Positions 27,551 to 37,968 of a stretch of DNA of 64,000 nucleotides are shown piece by piece. The notes below the pieces were generated by a model that was not told where the DNA came from, made no database searches, and worked only from the letters and a program-made list of their open reading frames with translations. The position numbers were made by a program, and so were the translations under genes. The stretch covers positions 8,481-72,480 of the forward strand of contig DASSSU010000020.1 of the NCBI GenBank assembly GCA_035708305.1, written 5' to 3'. The stretch's first letter is position 1. Every line of letters starts with the position of its first letter. This DNA is from Minisyncoccota bacterium. GTDB lineage: Bacteria > Patescibacteriota > Minisyncoccia > Phycocordibacterales > DASSSU01.

Positions 27551-28681
27551 TTATTCTGATTCCCACATTCCCAGCCACATCCAGGCGAGATTGTAGAAGT
27601 CGTATTTCGACGGATCGGCTCCGGAGAGCTTCTGCACGTACATGGTATGCGTCGCATTCGGATACAGGATTCTCCATACCGGCAGAAGCGCTGCATAGTG
27701 CGCACCCGACTCATAGCTGACCGAAGCGGTTCCGTTGGAACGATACGTCGCAAAAATTTCTCCTTTCTTGTTCCAATCAAATGCCAATGGAACGGTCATA
27801 CTTTTTAAGAATGACAGAGCCCGCGGATCCTTTGAATATTCGTAGTCAAGCGCCACTCGGTATGGTACGCGGATCGCATCCCAATCGTACCCAGATGCCG
27901 CCTCGCCGTTCATTTGGAAATTGGTCGTGAAGTTCCCATGGGAATCAACCCGGCACCAGTCCGTCGGAAGCCCTGCCGATCCGCGGCATTCCGAATAAAT
28001 TTTGTAGGAAGAATCTACGAGCTCCATCCAATCATGACTGGGATCCATTTGTGCAAACACACGATACGCATACGGTGCCAAGTATGAAGGGTTCAAAGTT
28101 GCTCCACTTTCGCCCGCCGTCCAGTTGCCGGCAGTGACATACCGAGTACCCGCAACTTTTTTTGTCTCGTTGTTCCAAATCCCCTGAAGGATTTTTTTGG
28201 ATTCCTGATCATACTGCGGCATGTTCCACCTTCGCGCCGCCAAGTGAAGCGCATACGCAATATCGGTATCAGCATCCGTCGCAGCATTCCAGTCTGTGAC
28301 TTTGCCATTTGAGTACTGCCAAGCAAAGAGCCCATCACCGCGCTGCAAATGAGTCTTTGTCCAATTCCAGACATGTCGGAACACTGTTCGGTCGTTCTCT
28401 CCAACCGCGATCAGCATCATGTATGCCTGACTTTCCGAGACAGTGCCATTAGGACGGGTCTCAACAAAACCGCTCCAATGCACATACCTGTCCAAAGTGT
28501 AGAGATAAACAGAGTCTTCTTTTTTGTGAATACCAGAACCAAAAAGATCCTGCCATGTAAACTGCACCTGATGCCCAAGGAATCCAAAGAATCCTCCTGC
28601 TGCCATCAGTGTTCCCGCAAAGAATACTTTCACTTTACCTGCTTTTTTCTGAGAGTTTCCCCGTCTCAAACGATCCAACAT
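27551..28681 (-). CDS. Glycoside hydrolase family 8 (BcsZ-like endoglucanase), N-terminally anchored
   Basis: TVSESQAYMML, LFAW, NAATDAD, LNPSY, GLPTDW, WDAIRVPYR. Confidence 0.9.
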   Translation of the reverse strand: MLDRLRRGNSQKKAGKVKVFFAGTLMAAGGFFGFLGHQVQFTWQDLFGSGIHKKEDSVYLYTLDRYVHWSGFVETRPNGTVSESQAYMMLIAVGENDRTVFRHVWNWTKTHLQRGDGLFAWQYSNGKVTDWNAATDADTDIAYALHLAARRWNMPQYDQESKKILQGIWNNETKKVAGTRYVTAGNWTAGESGATLNPSYLAPYAYRVFAQMDPSHDWMELVDSSYKIYSECRGSAGLPTDWCRVDSHGNFTTNFQMNGEAASGYDWDAIRVPYRVALDYEYSKDPRALSFLKSMTVPLAFDWNKKGEIFATYRSNGTASVSYESGAHYAALLPVWRILYPNATHTMYVQKLSGADPSKYDFYNLAWMWLGMWESE

Positions 28682-28802
28682 TTTTTTCCATTATAGCATG
28701 TTTTTTTAAAATGCAAAATTTATTTTTTCCGCTTTTGTTCTGCGCGTATTTTTTCTTTTTTGCGTTCGAAATTTACAATAAAAAAATCTAAAAATAAAAA
28801 AA

Positions 28803-31022
28803 TTATTTTTTTGAACTCTCAATAGTTTTCCATAAAGTTGTCGTTGCCGGCGTTCGCTTCGCCATTAACCACGTCACAAAAAATATTGCCACATAAAGAA
28901 AAAGAGAAAACGGAAACTGAAAAAAAGTTTTAAAAAATTCTTTTACGACTAAAAATTTTGGAAGATAACTTTCTTTTTTGACCAGTTCTTCGCCAAAAAT
29001 ATCGCGATGCCGTGTCTGATTCTGCATGACGCGGATCCCTTGCTTGAGGTGATCGGAAAAATTATCAGGAAGTGTGAAGTACGTGAGCACACCTCTCGCA
29101 TAGCCATATTTGAAGCCATTTTTTTTCGAAAAAAGAAACGAATACACATCTTCACCCGGACGTTCCACGATATTTAATTTTTTGTAAAGTTTTTGGTGAA
29201 AAGCTCTTTGCGCTCCGTAGCACGTGTAACGGTTATTTCCTCCGGCATACGAAAGGTAAACGGCATACTTCAAACGGCATCCGGCATAGAGCGCTTTTTC
29301 TATCAGCGTTCGGGGAGGGGTGGGTGTGGGAAGCGCGGAAGTAAAGTCCGCTTCCCCGAGAACAATCGGCCGCGTGAGATTTTCGAGCACCATATCGTTT
29401 CCCAGCTGAATATCCGCATCAAACACCACAGCAACATCCGCGCTGGTGAGCTGAAAAAATTGATTCACTCTTGCAGCTTTCCCTCTTCGCATCTTCTCAT
29501 CCAAAATAATGATCTTGTGAGAACCGAGGGATGCCGCTTCTCGTACGGTACCATCGGTGCTTCCATCGGAGAAAAGAAAAATTTTGTCTAACACAAAATG
29601 CTCCTGCCGCTGATGAAGAATTGACTGGAGGAATTCTTTAATATTTTTCTCTTCATTCAAAGCAGAGATACCGACGGAAACACGTGGAGGTGTCGGAACT
29701 CTGGCTGCCTCTGATCGAGAAATATACTCCGCTCTCTCCCGTTCTTCTTTTTGCAACGCAGCACGCTCCTGAAAGGCTCTGAAAAAATGCATTGAAAAAA
29801 TTGTTACCGTATGCAAAAGTGCCGTAAAGAAAAAAACGAGGAGAAATTCTCCAATACGGTGATGAAAAACAAGCGTTCCGACAAAGAAAATCAGCGCAGA
29901 CAGAAGCGCGGCGAAAGTAAACTGAAATTCCTTTTTTGCGTGGTGATACAGCACAACAGTGTAAGAAATCGTAAAGCCTGTCATAGCAAAAATGTACCAG
30001 GGTAAAAGCGGCAAAACAGCAGCCACTTTACTTCCATAAATCGCGGTAAAAAACCACTTCCCAAAAAAGATAAAAAACACCGCGCCAAGTGTGACAAAAG
30101 CAACCGTTGCAGCAAGTAACCATCGAAAGATGCCGCGTGTGTCCTTTCCTTCGCGCGTAAAGTTTGAAATTACCGAGATCATAACCGCAGAGAGGAGTGA
30201 ACCCGAAAAGAAAAGCATTTTGCCGCAGAGGGTAATAAGCGCGTACGCCCCGGCAGTTTCCGGATCAAAAAAAGCTTTCGCGAGAAAAATATCGAACGTC
30301 AAAAAGGTGAGCGTCGTCAAGCCAAGGAGAACAGTAAAAAAGAAAAATGCGCTGGGAAAAGGGATCGAATCTTTCGTAATATTTTCTTGCGGCAAATTTC
30401 CCGCGCGAACTTTCCAAAGAAAAAACAGCCCAAGAAAACACGAGAGGATCACCGAAATTGGAATGCTCAAATACGCCAGCGGTGCCAGACCCCAAACGGT
30501 GAACATTACTGCACCGATCAGCTTAAAGAGCGATTCAGAAAAAAAAATAATTCCTGCGATCGCAAAATACAAACCGCCTTGGAAAATTCCGCGAAGCAAA
30601 AATGTCAATCCTCCGAACAAAAAAATCGGGAGAAAAAACATAAGTGGCACTGCACCAGTCTCCCAGATACGGGCGAGAACGGGCAGAGCCGCGAGCCACA
30701 CAACAGACAAGATTCCCGCAAACGCCGCCACCTGCTTTCCCCAAGTGCGGAAGAAGAAAAATCCTGAAGTTTCCGGCCGCCCGCCATACCAGCCAACGCC
30801 GTGCCCTACGCTCGAAGACAGTGCGTTTAAAAAAACACTCGCCGTAGTGAGCAACGCCAAAAAAACCGCCACCAAGCTAAAATCGCCCGGCGTCAGATGG
30901 CGCCCCAAATACAGGTAAAAGATAAAATTCAAAATATTGCCAAACACCAACGCGAGACTGAAAACGGCACCCTCCCGAATTGTCTGCGGCAAAAAATTTT
31001 TTATTTTTTCCAAAGTAAGCAT
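28803..31022 (-). CDS. Wzx-like flippase fused to a C-terminal GT2 glycosyltransferase
   Basis: About 12 TM segments (aa 1-415), then ISALNEEKNI, SDGSTDGT, GKA, FDAD, GED. Confidence 0.82.
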   Translation of the reverse strand: MLTLEKIKNFLPQTIREGAVFSLALVFGNILNFIFYLYLGRHLTPGDFSLVAVFLALLTTASVFLNALSSSVGHGVGWYGGRPETSGFFFFRTWGKQVAAFAGILSVVWLAALPVLARIWETGAVPLMFFLPIFLFGGLTFLLRGIFQGGLYFAIAGIIFFSESLFKLIGAVMFTVWGLAPLAYLSIPISVILSCFLGLFFLWKVRAGNLPQENITKDSIPFPSAFFFFTVLLGLTTLTFLTFDIFLAKAFFDPETAGAYALITLCGKMLFFSGSLLSAVMISVISNFTREGKDTRGIFRWLLAATVAFVTLGAVFFIFFGKWFFTAIYGSKVAAVLPLLPWYIFAMTGFTISYTVVLYHHAKKEFQFTFAALLSALIFFVGTLVFHHRIGEFLLVFFFTALLHTVTIFSMHFFRAFQERAALQKEERERAEYISRSEAARVPTPPRVSVGISALNEEKNIKEFLQSILHQRQEHFVLDKIFLFSDGSTDGTVREAASLGSHKIIILDEKMRRGKAARVNQFFQLTSADVAVVFDADIQLGNDMVLENLTRPIVLGEADFTSALPTPTPPRTLIEKALYAGCRLKYAVYLSYAGGNNRYTCYGAQRAFHQKLYKKLNIVERPGEDVYSFLFSKKNGFKYGYARGVLTYFTLPDNFSDHLKQGIRVMQNQTRHRDIFGEELVKKESYLPKFLVVKEFFKTFFQFPFSLFLYVAIFFVTWLMAKRTPATTTLWKTIESSKK

Positions 31023-31025
31023 ACC

Positions 31026-32783
31026 CTATTTATTATTCACCAGTCCCATTTTCTGTTCTATCGTTTTTGGATCCCAAGTCTGCATGTTTGGATGAAGTGA
31101 CGGAACATACGCTTCATTGAGATGATTTTCCTGGATATATTTTTCCACGGCAGGAATTTTGAGCTGATAGAGAACTGTTTCTGGAGTTTTGTATACCATC
31201 GTGTAGAAGTTTTTGAAATACACACTCCCTTCCCATTTGTCAGACACCGGATCTTTTGCGCGCACTCGATCGGGACTGGTCGGGTTGGTCATGATCACCC
31301 ACGGTGTGTAGAGCCATGGACGCCCAAGCACTTCGTCAAAATAGATAAAGTTTCCTTCATAAATATAATTCTTGAGCGGAATGTCGCTATCAAGAAGCGT
31401 GTAGTCATGGTTAAAGCGAGTGGCGAGAATTTTCCCTCCGGTGTAATGCTCTTTGAGGTACACGGCCACCGGGTTCTTTTGATCACGCGATGTAGCACTT
31501 AAGTCATCCCGAATCACAGAAAAATTACTGGCAAAAGCGGTGCGATAAAAGTGCACACCGGTAATCGTAAAAACAAAAATCGCAAACACCGGAATGACAA
31601 GAACCGAAACCCATTTTTGCCGAACGTGAACGGCAAGATATTCCCGAACCCCGACAGCCATGAGCGTGACCGCCGCCACGGCAAACCCGATCCAGGTCAA
31701 CCCGTAGCGGGTATTGTGAAAGCCCACGTACGAGAGGAATTCAGGCGTGTAAATTGCCGCCGAACCGCGATATAAGCTGGAAACCACCGCCGCAAACGGA
31801 ACCAGCAGCGCCACAAATGCCGCGGCGACAATTGTTTTTTTCTTCACCAGCGCAATGGCAAGAATGGCACAAAAGAGAGAGAGTGGAACAAAAAACTTCC
31901 CCAGCATGTAAAAAGACGCATGCAGAAAAAAATTGACGGAGGAAAGTACGCTGTGCTGCGTCAGATCCGAGTTGATGGAAAGGTTCCAAACCTCGCCATT
32001 TCCGATACCAGCAAATGCAAGCGGACTTCCGGCGAACGCCCAGCTATTCAGTACGATCAGAACCATTCCCACCGCCGCAAGAACGCCATAGAGTACCGTG
32101 AGTGCTTCAGATTCGGAGTATGTTTTTTTCTTGCGGTACATTTGCACCCATAGCATGAACACCAAAACCGGAATGAGCAGCAGACCTTCATACCTCGAAA
32201 GACAGGTGAGCGTAACAAAGAGTGCCGTAAGCAAGATATATCTCAGACGCTCATACTTCATCCAGAGCGTGAAGAAGTACGCGGTTCCAAAAAGCATGCT
32301 CATGAAGAGGATTTCTGTCATTGGCACAGACGCGTAGTAGAGAACAAAAGGATTAAAGACGTATAGCAACGTTCCCAAGAAACTCAATATTTTTCGTCCA
32401 CTGAGTTCCAGCAGTAAGCGATACAGAAACACGCTTCCCATGGCAAAAAAGGGAATGAGCGCCGCAGCCCCCATGAGTCCCGTACGAAACAAAAAATCCG
32501 ACAGAGAAAATGGCGCCATGACCACGTGTAAAAGCGGCGGCCACGTACCGAGCTGGCTGACTCCCGGCGTCATGCTGTCGATCAGGATCCGAGCGAAAAT
32601 CATATGTGCCACTTCATCAGCAAGTGCTGTGGTTAAGTGTTTCGTGGAAACATACCACGCCATAAGCGAAGCTGAGGTGACCGAGATCAACACCAGCGCG
32701 CACTCGTAACGATATCGCGCAAAAAAATCCAAAAACCCGCCGCGCTCAGTATTTTCTCTGTTTGTGTTTGTATGCATGTTCAT
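31026..32783 (-). CDS. GT-C fold (PMT/GT39-like) membrane glycosyltransferase
   Basis: ADEVAH after TM1, WPPL, PMTE, LSRYEG; multi-TM with a soluble C-terminal domain. Confidence 0.75.
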   Translation of the reverse strand: MNMHTNTNRENTERGGFLDFFARYRYECALVLISVTSASLMAWYVSTKHLTTALADEVAHMIFARILIDSMTPGVSQLGTWPPLLHVVMAPFSLSDFLFRTGLMGAAALIPFFAMGSVFLYRLLLELSGRKILSFLGTLLYVFNPFVLYYASVPMTEILFMSMLFGTAYFFTLWMKYERLRYILLTALFVTLTCLSRYEGLLLIPVLVFMLWVQMYRKKKTYSESEALTVLYGVLAAVGMVLIVLNSWAFAGSPLAFAGIGNGEVWNLSINSDLTQHSVLSSVNFFLHASFYMLGKFFVPLSLFCAILAIALVKKKTIVAAAFVALLVPFAAVVSSLYRGSAAIYTPEFLSYVGFHNTRYGLTWIGFAVAAVTLMAVGVREYLAVHVRQKWVSVLVIPVFAIFVFTITGVHFYRTAFASNFSVIRDDLSATSRDQKNPVAVYLKEHYTGGKILATRFNHDYTLLDSDIPLKNYIYEGNFIYFDEVLGRPWLYTPWVIMTNPTSPDRVRAKDPVSDKWEGSVYFKNFYTMVYKTPETVLYQLKIPAVEKYIQENHLNEAYVPSLHPNMQTWDPKTIEQKMGLVNNK

Positions 32784-35071
32784 ATTTGGTCGCGAAGATT
32801 AACCGGATTATTTTGGGAAGGCTGATTTTCCGCCGCTCTCATTTTCACCGGAGCGGTTTGAGGAGCTTCTGAGCGCACCCCGTGTTTCGTTTTGTCCCAG
32901 TAATACGGATTGGTAATGAACTGGACAGCACCGCGCGTGGTGGCGTACGCGAGCATCACCCAGTAAAAAATCGAAAGCAGGTTGTATTTCACCAATGAAT
33001 ACCGCCCGCGCTGGTATGAAGAGAGCAAGTTGAGATACGTGAAAACGAAATTCCCCGTTAAAAAAGTGAAGACGGAAATATAGAGCACGACCTTTGGAAA
33101 AAGTTCCTGCACAAAAAGCGGCTGAAAAATGAGCCACACGAGAAATATGATCCAAAAGAAAAGATTGAGGATGTTGATGAGCACGGTCCCAGGAACCACA
33201 AACAAGAACCCGAGAAACGCTCCCCAACCGCCGATCTCATCTTTGAAACGAAGCGGGTGGCGCAAGTGCACGATACTGGTTTGGATAAACCCCTTCATCC
33301 AACGCGATCGCTGGTTGGCCCAAGCGCGAAACGTGCTCGTCGCCTCTTCCCGACTCACAGAGTTGAGCAACCCGGTCTGAAAGCCTCGTCGATGGAGACG
33401 GATACCCAGATCACAGTCTTCTGTGACATTGTACGGATCCCAGCCGCCGATCTCGCGAAGCATATCCACCCGAAAATGTGTGCTGTGTCCTGACAGCGGA
33501 AGCGGAATGCCCATTTTATGAAGTCCGGGAAGAAAATAGTCGTAGTGGAAAGAAAACTCAGAGTTGAAAAGCCTCGTGATCACGCCATCATCAGAGTTGT
33601 AATGATCAAGCCGTGTCTGCAACACTCCTAAGTGCGGTTTTTTTTGAAACGCCAAAACCGCTTTTTTAAGCTGGTCCGGATCGGGAATAATTTCCGCATC
33701 ATAGATAGAGAGAAAAACTCCTCTCGTGTGAAGCAGCGCGACATTCAGCGCCTTTGGCTTCGTCTTTGGCTTCACATCCGGCAAAATCAGCATCTTCATG
33801 TGCCCAGGGAGTTCGGCGTTTTCAAGCGCATGGATGGTTTCTGTATCGTATTCTTCAAGCGTGATAATCATCTCAAGTTTTTCCGGTGGATAATCAATCG
33901 ATGTCATGGCACGGACAATCTGATCCACCACTTCCGATTCCTGGTAGAGCGGAATCAAAACCGTATACAGAGGAAGGTCTTCATCCCGAAGCGCAGCAAT
34001 TTCTTCCCGTGAGAAATCCAAGACATTATCAGAACGCACTGCTTTCCAAACCACCAAAAGCTTGAAGAGCAAAATAAAAAAATAAAAAAACGCGGAAATT
34101 CCCACCCACACCACCAGCAAGGGAACATGAAAAGCTTTGGATAAGAAGAGACTGATGCCAATGAATACTGCTAAAAGTATGACGATGAGTGAAACAGTTT
34201 CAAAGTAAAAGTGCTTTTTCGCGCTCATGATGTCCGAAAGGAAAAGGAAATCTTTTGTGTTTTCAAAATCATTTTCAAATCGCTCGGAGTGGTGCGGATA
34301 ATCCAAAAATTTAAAAAACGCCAAAAGGAAATACTCGCATCGAAGTGCGATTCCGCCAAACAGAAGTTCGAAACCGGTACCCAGGGCATTGACCTTGCTC
34401 TTGCCGCTTTCGCGTGCCGCAAAATGGATCGGCACTTCTGTAATGCGCCATTTCATATGACTCGCCTTGTAGAGAAATTCATAATCAAACCCCCACTTTG
34501 AAGGAGAGAGCGGCACACTCTCCACCACCCTTCTCCGAAACACCTTCAAGCCGGACTGCACATCTATCGGTGTCCCCAGAAGCAGCCTGCCAAAAACATT
34601 TCGAAAAACCCTGCTCAGAAAGCTTCGTACACTTTTTTCTTCCGTTCTTGTCTTTCGGTTCGCCACCACAATGTCGGCTGACTCCAATTTTTTTATCATT
34701 TCCGGAATAGTCTCCGGCGGATACTGGAGATCAGCATCGATCATAGCAATAATACCGGTATCTGCGTGAGTTATTCCTTCAAGCAACGAGTAGGATTTTC
34801 CCTTCTTCCCCTTCTTGCGATACAACCCCATCGGGAAAGATGGCTGATAATGTTCCAGGTACTCAAACGTTCCATCTGAAGAATGGTCGTCAATAAAAAT
34901 CACCTCGTAGTTGATGCAAGCGTTTTCAAAAGTACGATCCAAACGCTCCAGAAACAGTGGAAGATTCCCCCGTTCATCGAGAACTGGAACAACAACAGAA
35001 ACTTCAGGCTTTGCGTAAATGATCTGGTCAGTAAATTTTCGTGAAAGAGCGCGTTTTTTTTGAACATCCAA
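32780..35071 (-). CDS. Double GT2 protein: polyprenyl-phosphate glycosyltransferase-like domain plus processive synthase-like domain
   Basis: N-term DDHSSDGT, DADLQ, DVQSGLK; C-term TKPKALN, YDAE, TEDCDLG, QRSRW and TM helices; TTG start with AGAGG RBS. Confidence 0.88.
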   Translation of the reverse strand: MDVQKKRALSRKFTDQIIYAKPEVSVVVPVLDERGNLPLFLERLDRTFENACINYEVIFIDDHSSDGTFEYLEHYQPSFPMGLYRKKGKKGKSYSLLEGITHADTGIIAMIDADLQYPPETIPEMIKKLESADIVVANRKTRTEEKSVRSFLSRVFRNVFGRLLLGTPIDVQSGLKVFRRRVVESVPLSPSKWGFDYEFLYKASHMKWRITEVPIHFAARESGKSKVNALGTGFELLFGGIALRCEYFLLAFFKFLDYPHHSERFENDFENTKDFLFLSDIMSAKKHFYFETVSLIVILLAVFIGISLFLSKAFHVPLLVVWVGISAFFYFFILLFKLLVVWKAVRSDNVLDFSREEIAALRDEDLPLYTVLIPLYQESEVVDQIVRAMTSIDYPPEKLEMIITLEEYDTETIHALENAELPGHMKMLILPDVKPKTKPKALNVALLHTRGVFLSIYDAEIIPDPDQLKKAVLAFQKKPHLGVLQTRLDHYNSDDGVITRLFNSEFSFHYDYFLPGLHKMGIPLPLSGHSTHFRVDMLREIGGWDPYNVTEDCDLGIRLHRRGFQTGLLNSVSREEATSTFRAWANQRSRWMKGFIQTSIVHLRHPLRFKDEIGGWGAFLGFLFVVPGTVLINILNLFFWIIFLVWLIFQPLFVQELFPKVVLYISVFTFLTGNFVFTYLNLLSSYQRGRYSLVKYNLLSIFYWVMLAYATTRGAVQFITNPYYWDKTKHGVRSEAPQTAPVKMRAAENQPSQNNPVNLRDQI

Positions 35072-35340
35072 AAACCTCTTTCTTTTTTTGTGAAAAAGTT
35101 TATTTTTAATAATAAGTCTTTGTTTTTACGGGAGATTCCGCCGTTTTTCTTTCGTCTTCAGCTGGTTAATAAAGACGTGCGGTGATACGAGGGCTTACAG
35201 GAATTTTGTATTGCACTTTAAAAGAGTGTACACGCGGAGAGATTAAGAAAAGATGATACTGGTATTTTTAAGAGAGAAAAATTTTTGTCAGCTCAAATTT
35301 TAAGAATTTTTGAGAGAAAAAAGAAAATTTAAAAAACGAA

Positions 35341-35379
35341 AAACAAAAAAATCTTGCTGAATGCAAGATTTTTTTGTTT
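35341..35379 (-). terminator. Terminator after secF
   Basis: AAACAAAAAAATCTTGC-TGAAT-GCAAGATTTTTTTGTTT. Confidence 0.75.
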
Positions 35380-35397
35380 CTGAAATTTGAAAAGTGA

Positions 35398-36402
35398 TTA
35401 AGCTTTTTTGGTTTTTTCAGCAAGCGCTTTTTTTTCCTGAAACTTCTGCACGGTAATCAAAAGCGGGGTAGCAACACAGATGGAAGAATACGTTCCGACA
35501 AAAATTCCGAGTGCAAGCGTCAGTGCAAAGTTCTGCGTGGAAGCACCGCCAAAGAAATAGTATACCAGGATCGCAAGAATCGCTGTCAACGAAGTGTTGA
35601 TAGAGCGTGTGATCACCTGCCGCAAACTGTCACCCACCACGTCGGAAAAGGATTCTGAGGTGTATTTGGCATGACCCTTTTTCCCTTCCGTGTGGAGGCG
35701 GAGATTTTCGCGAACTCGGTCAAACACAATGATCGTATCATGAACAGAATAGCCCAAGACTGCCAAGAGTGCCGTGACAAAGAGGATATTGATCTCAAAA
35801 CCCGCCACCAGACCAAGGAAGGCAAAGACGCCGGTTGGAATGAGGATGTCATGCAGCAGCACCGTAACCGCGATCACGCCATATTTCCAGGAAGAAACCG
35901 GTTCGGACACTTGCCGAAAAGCGTAGGCAATGAAAAGAATGATCGCCAAAAGCACAATACCGATCGCATACGCGGACTTAGTGCTGAGTTCCGATCCGAT
36001 GGTTGGACCGATGAAGTTGAAGCGCTCCTGATGAACGTCCACCGCGCCGCCAAGTGAAAGCGTTTGAAGAAGCACCTGTCGGTCACTCTCTTCGATTTTC
36101 TTCGTGCGAACCACAAATCCTTCTTTCCCCACCGGCTGAATGAGGAGGTCGCCAATTTTTTCACGTTCTGCCGAAGCAACATGCGAAGTAAAGTATTGCT
36201 GTACAGCGGAAGCTTGCGGGCGCGTTTGTGGTGCAGTTTTTCCCCCGACTGTATGCGTCGCCGGATAAGAGACTTCTAGAAGCGAACCTCCCGTAAACTC
36301 AATTCCGAGGGGCAAGCCCTTGTAGAAAATCACAAACAGAGAAAGCGCTACAAGGATTCCCGAGAGAGCGTAGAAAAATTTTCGATATTGAATGATAAAC
36401 AT
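35398..36402 (-). CDS. secF: Protein translocase subunit SecF
   Basis: LGIEFTGG, IGPTIG, GYSVHDTIIVFDRVREN, RSINTS, GTYSSI. Confidence 0.96.
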   Translation of the reverse strand: MFIIQYRKFFYALSGILVALSLFVIFYKGLPLGIEFTGGSLLEVSYPATHTVGGKTAPQTRPQASAVQQYFTSHVASAEREKIGDLLIQPVGKEGFVVRTKKIEESDRQVLLQTLSLGGAVDVHQERFNFIGPTIGSELSTKSAYAIGIVLLAIILFIAYAFRQVSEPVSSWKYGVIAVTVLLHDILIPTGVFAFLGLVAGFEINILFVTALLAVLGYSVHDTIIVFDRVRENLRLHTEGKKGHAKYTSESFSDVVGDSLRQVITRSINTSLTAILAILVYYFFGGASTQNFALTLALGIFVGTYSSICVATPLLITVQKFQEKKALAEKTKKA

Positions 36403-36414
36403 AGAATTCAGCAA

Positions 36415-37914
36415 TTAAGATTCCGTCCTCTTCTTTTTGAAGTGAAACCCGCTTCCAAAAAGAAATTTCGCCGTCGGACTGGTTTCCCGGTCGGACAAAC
36501 CAATAGCAAAAAGCAGAATACGGGTAAGAGTGACAGCAGAGAAAAGCGAGACCACGACTCCCAGCCCAAAAACAAGTGCAAAGCCCTTCACGATAGACGT
36601 TCCTAGCCAAAAGAGCACAATTGCCGTGATAATACTTGAAAGGTGACTGTCTCGGATAGACGGCCAAGCGCGGAGGAAGCCTTCATGTGTTGCATCATGG
36701 AGCGTCTTTCCTTTGCGCATTTCTTCCTTGAGACGCTCAAAGATCAGGATGTTGGCATCCACGGCCATACCGATGGAGAGAATGAACCCGGCAATCCCCG
36801 CTGCGGTCAAAGTTACTGGAATGAGCCGGAAAAAGGCCACGGTTGCTGCTGCGTAAAATGCCAGTGCAAACACCGCAACCAAGCCCGGAAGACGGTACCA
36901 CAAGAGCATGAAAAACGCCACCAGAAGAAACGCGATAATTCCCGCCGTGATACCGTCATTAAAAGCTTTTCCTCCCAAGGTTGCTCCCACTGTTTCGCTG
37001 GAGAGAAGCTGAATAGGAACCGGGAGAGCCCCGGCGTTCAAGCGCCCTACCAGCGTCCGTGCTTCCTGCGGCGTAAAATTTCCTTCAATCACCGCCTGTC
37101 CTCCGGTAATTTTTTCATTGATCACCGGCGTGGAAATAGGCGCACCATCAAGAAAGATAGCGAGGACTTTACCAATATTGTTTCCCGTGATTTGTTCGAA
37201 AAGCTTTGATCCCTGGCTGTTGAACTTGAGTGCTACGATTGGACTGCCTGAAACCTGGTTGAACTGCAAACTTGCGCCGGTGAGGTATCGCCCAGTAAGG
37301 CCGGTTGCGAGATACTGAGGAATGCTCGTACTTGCAGTACTGGTTACTGTGGAAGAAGAAACAGCGGAACTCGAAGCGGAAGTGCTGGCAACGTGGGGAG
37401 TTTGCGGTGCGTTTGGAGTTAAGCTAAACGAAAGCCCGTCAGCGGTGGTGCTTCCCGTTTCAGAAGAAGAAGCAGTGGTGCTTGTGGACTGTGCCGCTAC
37501 AAATTTTGGATTCTCCAGTTTGAACTCCAGAACCGGAGTTTTTCCGATGAGCGCTACCGCCTGATCTACATCAGTAATTCCCGGCAACTCCACCAGCAGG
37601 CGCTGCTGGTTTGCGGTTCCGGCTACCAGACTCCCCCGTTCCACCTGCACAACCGGTTCAGATACGCCGAAGAGATTCACACGCCGTTCGATCACATCCC
37701 GAAGTGCCGCCATGGAGGCATCTACTTCCGACGGATCCAGTTTTGAAACATCCGCCTTGTACGTCAGCTGCGTTCCGCCCGAGAGGTCAAGTCCCAGCTG
37801 AAGCGGAAAGGCTTTTAAAAATCCGGGTTTAGCAGACATCGGCGCAAAGCTGAAGTATGCCACCAGAATACCAAACACAATAAGTCCGATCGCCAATAGT
37901 CTGATTTTTGCCAT
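36415..37914 (-). CDS. secD: Protein translocase subunit SecD
   Basis: LGLDLSGG, RRVNLFGVSEP, LNAGALPVP, GMAVDANILIFER. Confidence 0.97.
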   Translation of the reverse strand: MAKIRLLAIGLIVFGILVAYFSFAPMSAKPGFLKAFPLQLGLDLSGGTQLTYKADVSKLDPSEVDASMAALRDVIERRVNLFGVSEPVVQVERGSLVAGTANQQRLLVELPGITDVDQAVALIGKTPVLEFKLENPKFVAAQSTSTTASSSETGSTTADGLSFSLTPNAPQTPHVASTSASSSAVSSSTVTSTASTSIPQYLATGLTGRYLTGASLQFNQVSGSPIVALKFNSQGSKLFEQITGNNIGKVLAIFLDGAPISTPVINEKITGGQAVIEGNFTPQEARTLVGRLNAGALPVPIQLLSSETVGATLGGKAFNDGITAGIIAFLLVAFFMLLWYRLPGLVAVFALAFYAAATVAFFRLIPVTLTAAGIAGFILSIGMAVDANILIFERLKEEMRKGKTLHDATHEGFLRAWPSIRDSHLSSIITAIVLFWLGTSIVKGFALVFGLGVVVSLFSAVTLTRILLFAIGLSDRETSPTAKFLFGSGFHFKKKRTES

Positions 37915-37968
37915 GATTTCGGATTATAGACTGATTTTTTTCCAAGAGCAAGGAATTTTCCACAATTT

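Noticed and set aside
27424-27780. 180-aa extended ORF containing S14
   Set aside because: The extension overlaps the GH8 gene; S14 starts at MAKKS with an AGGT-like leader (27423).
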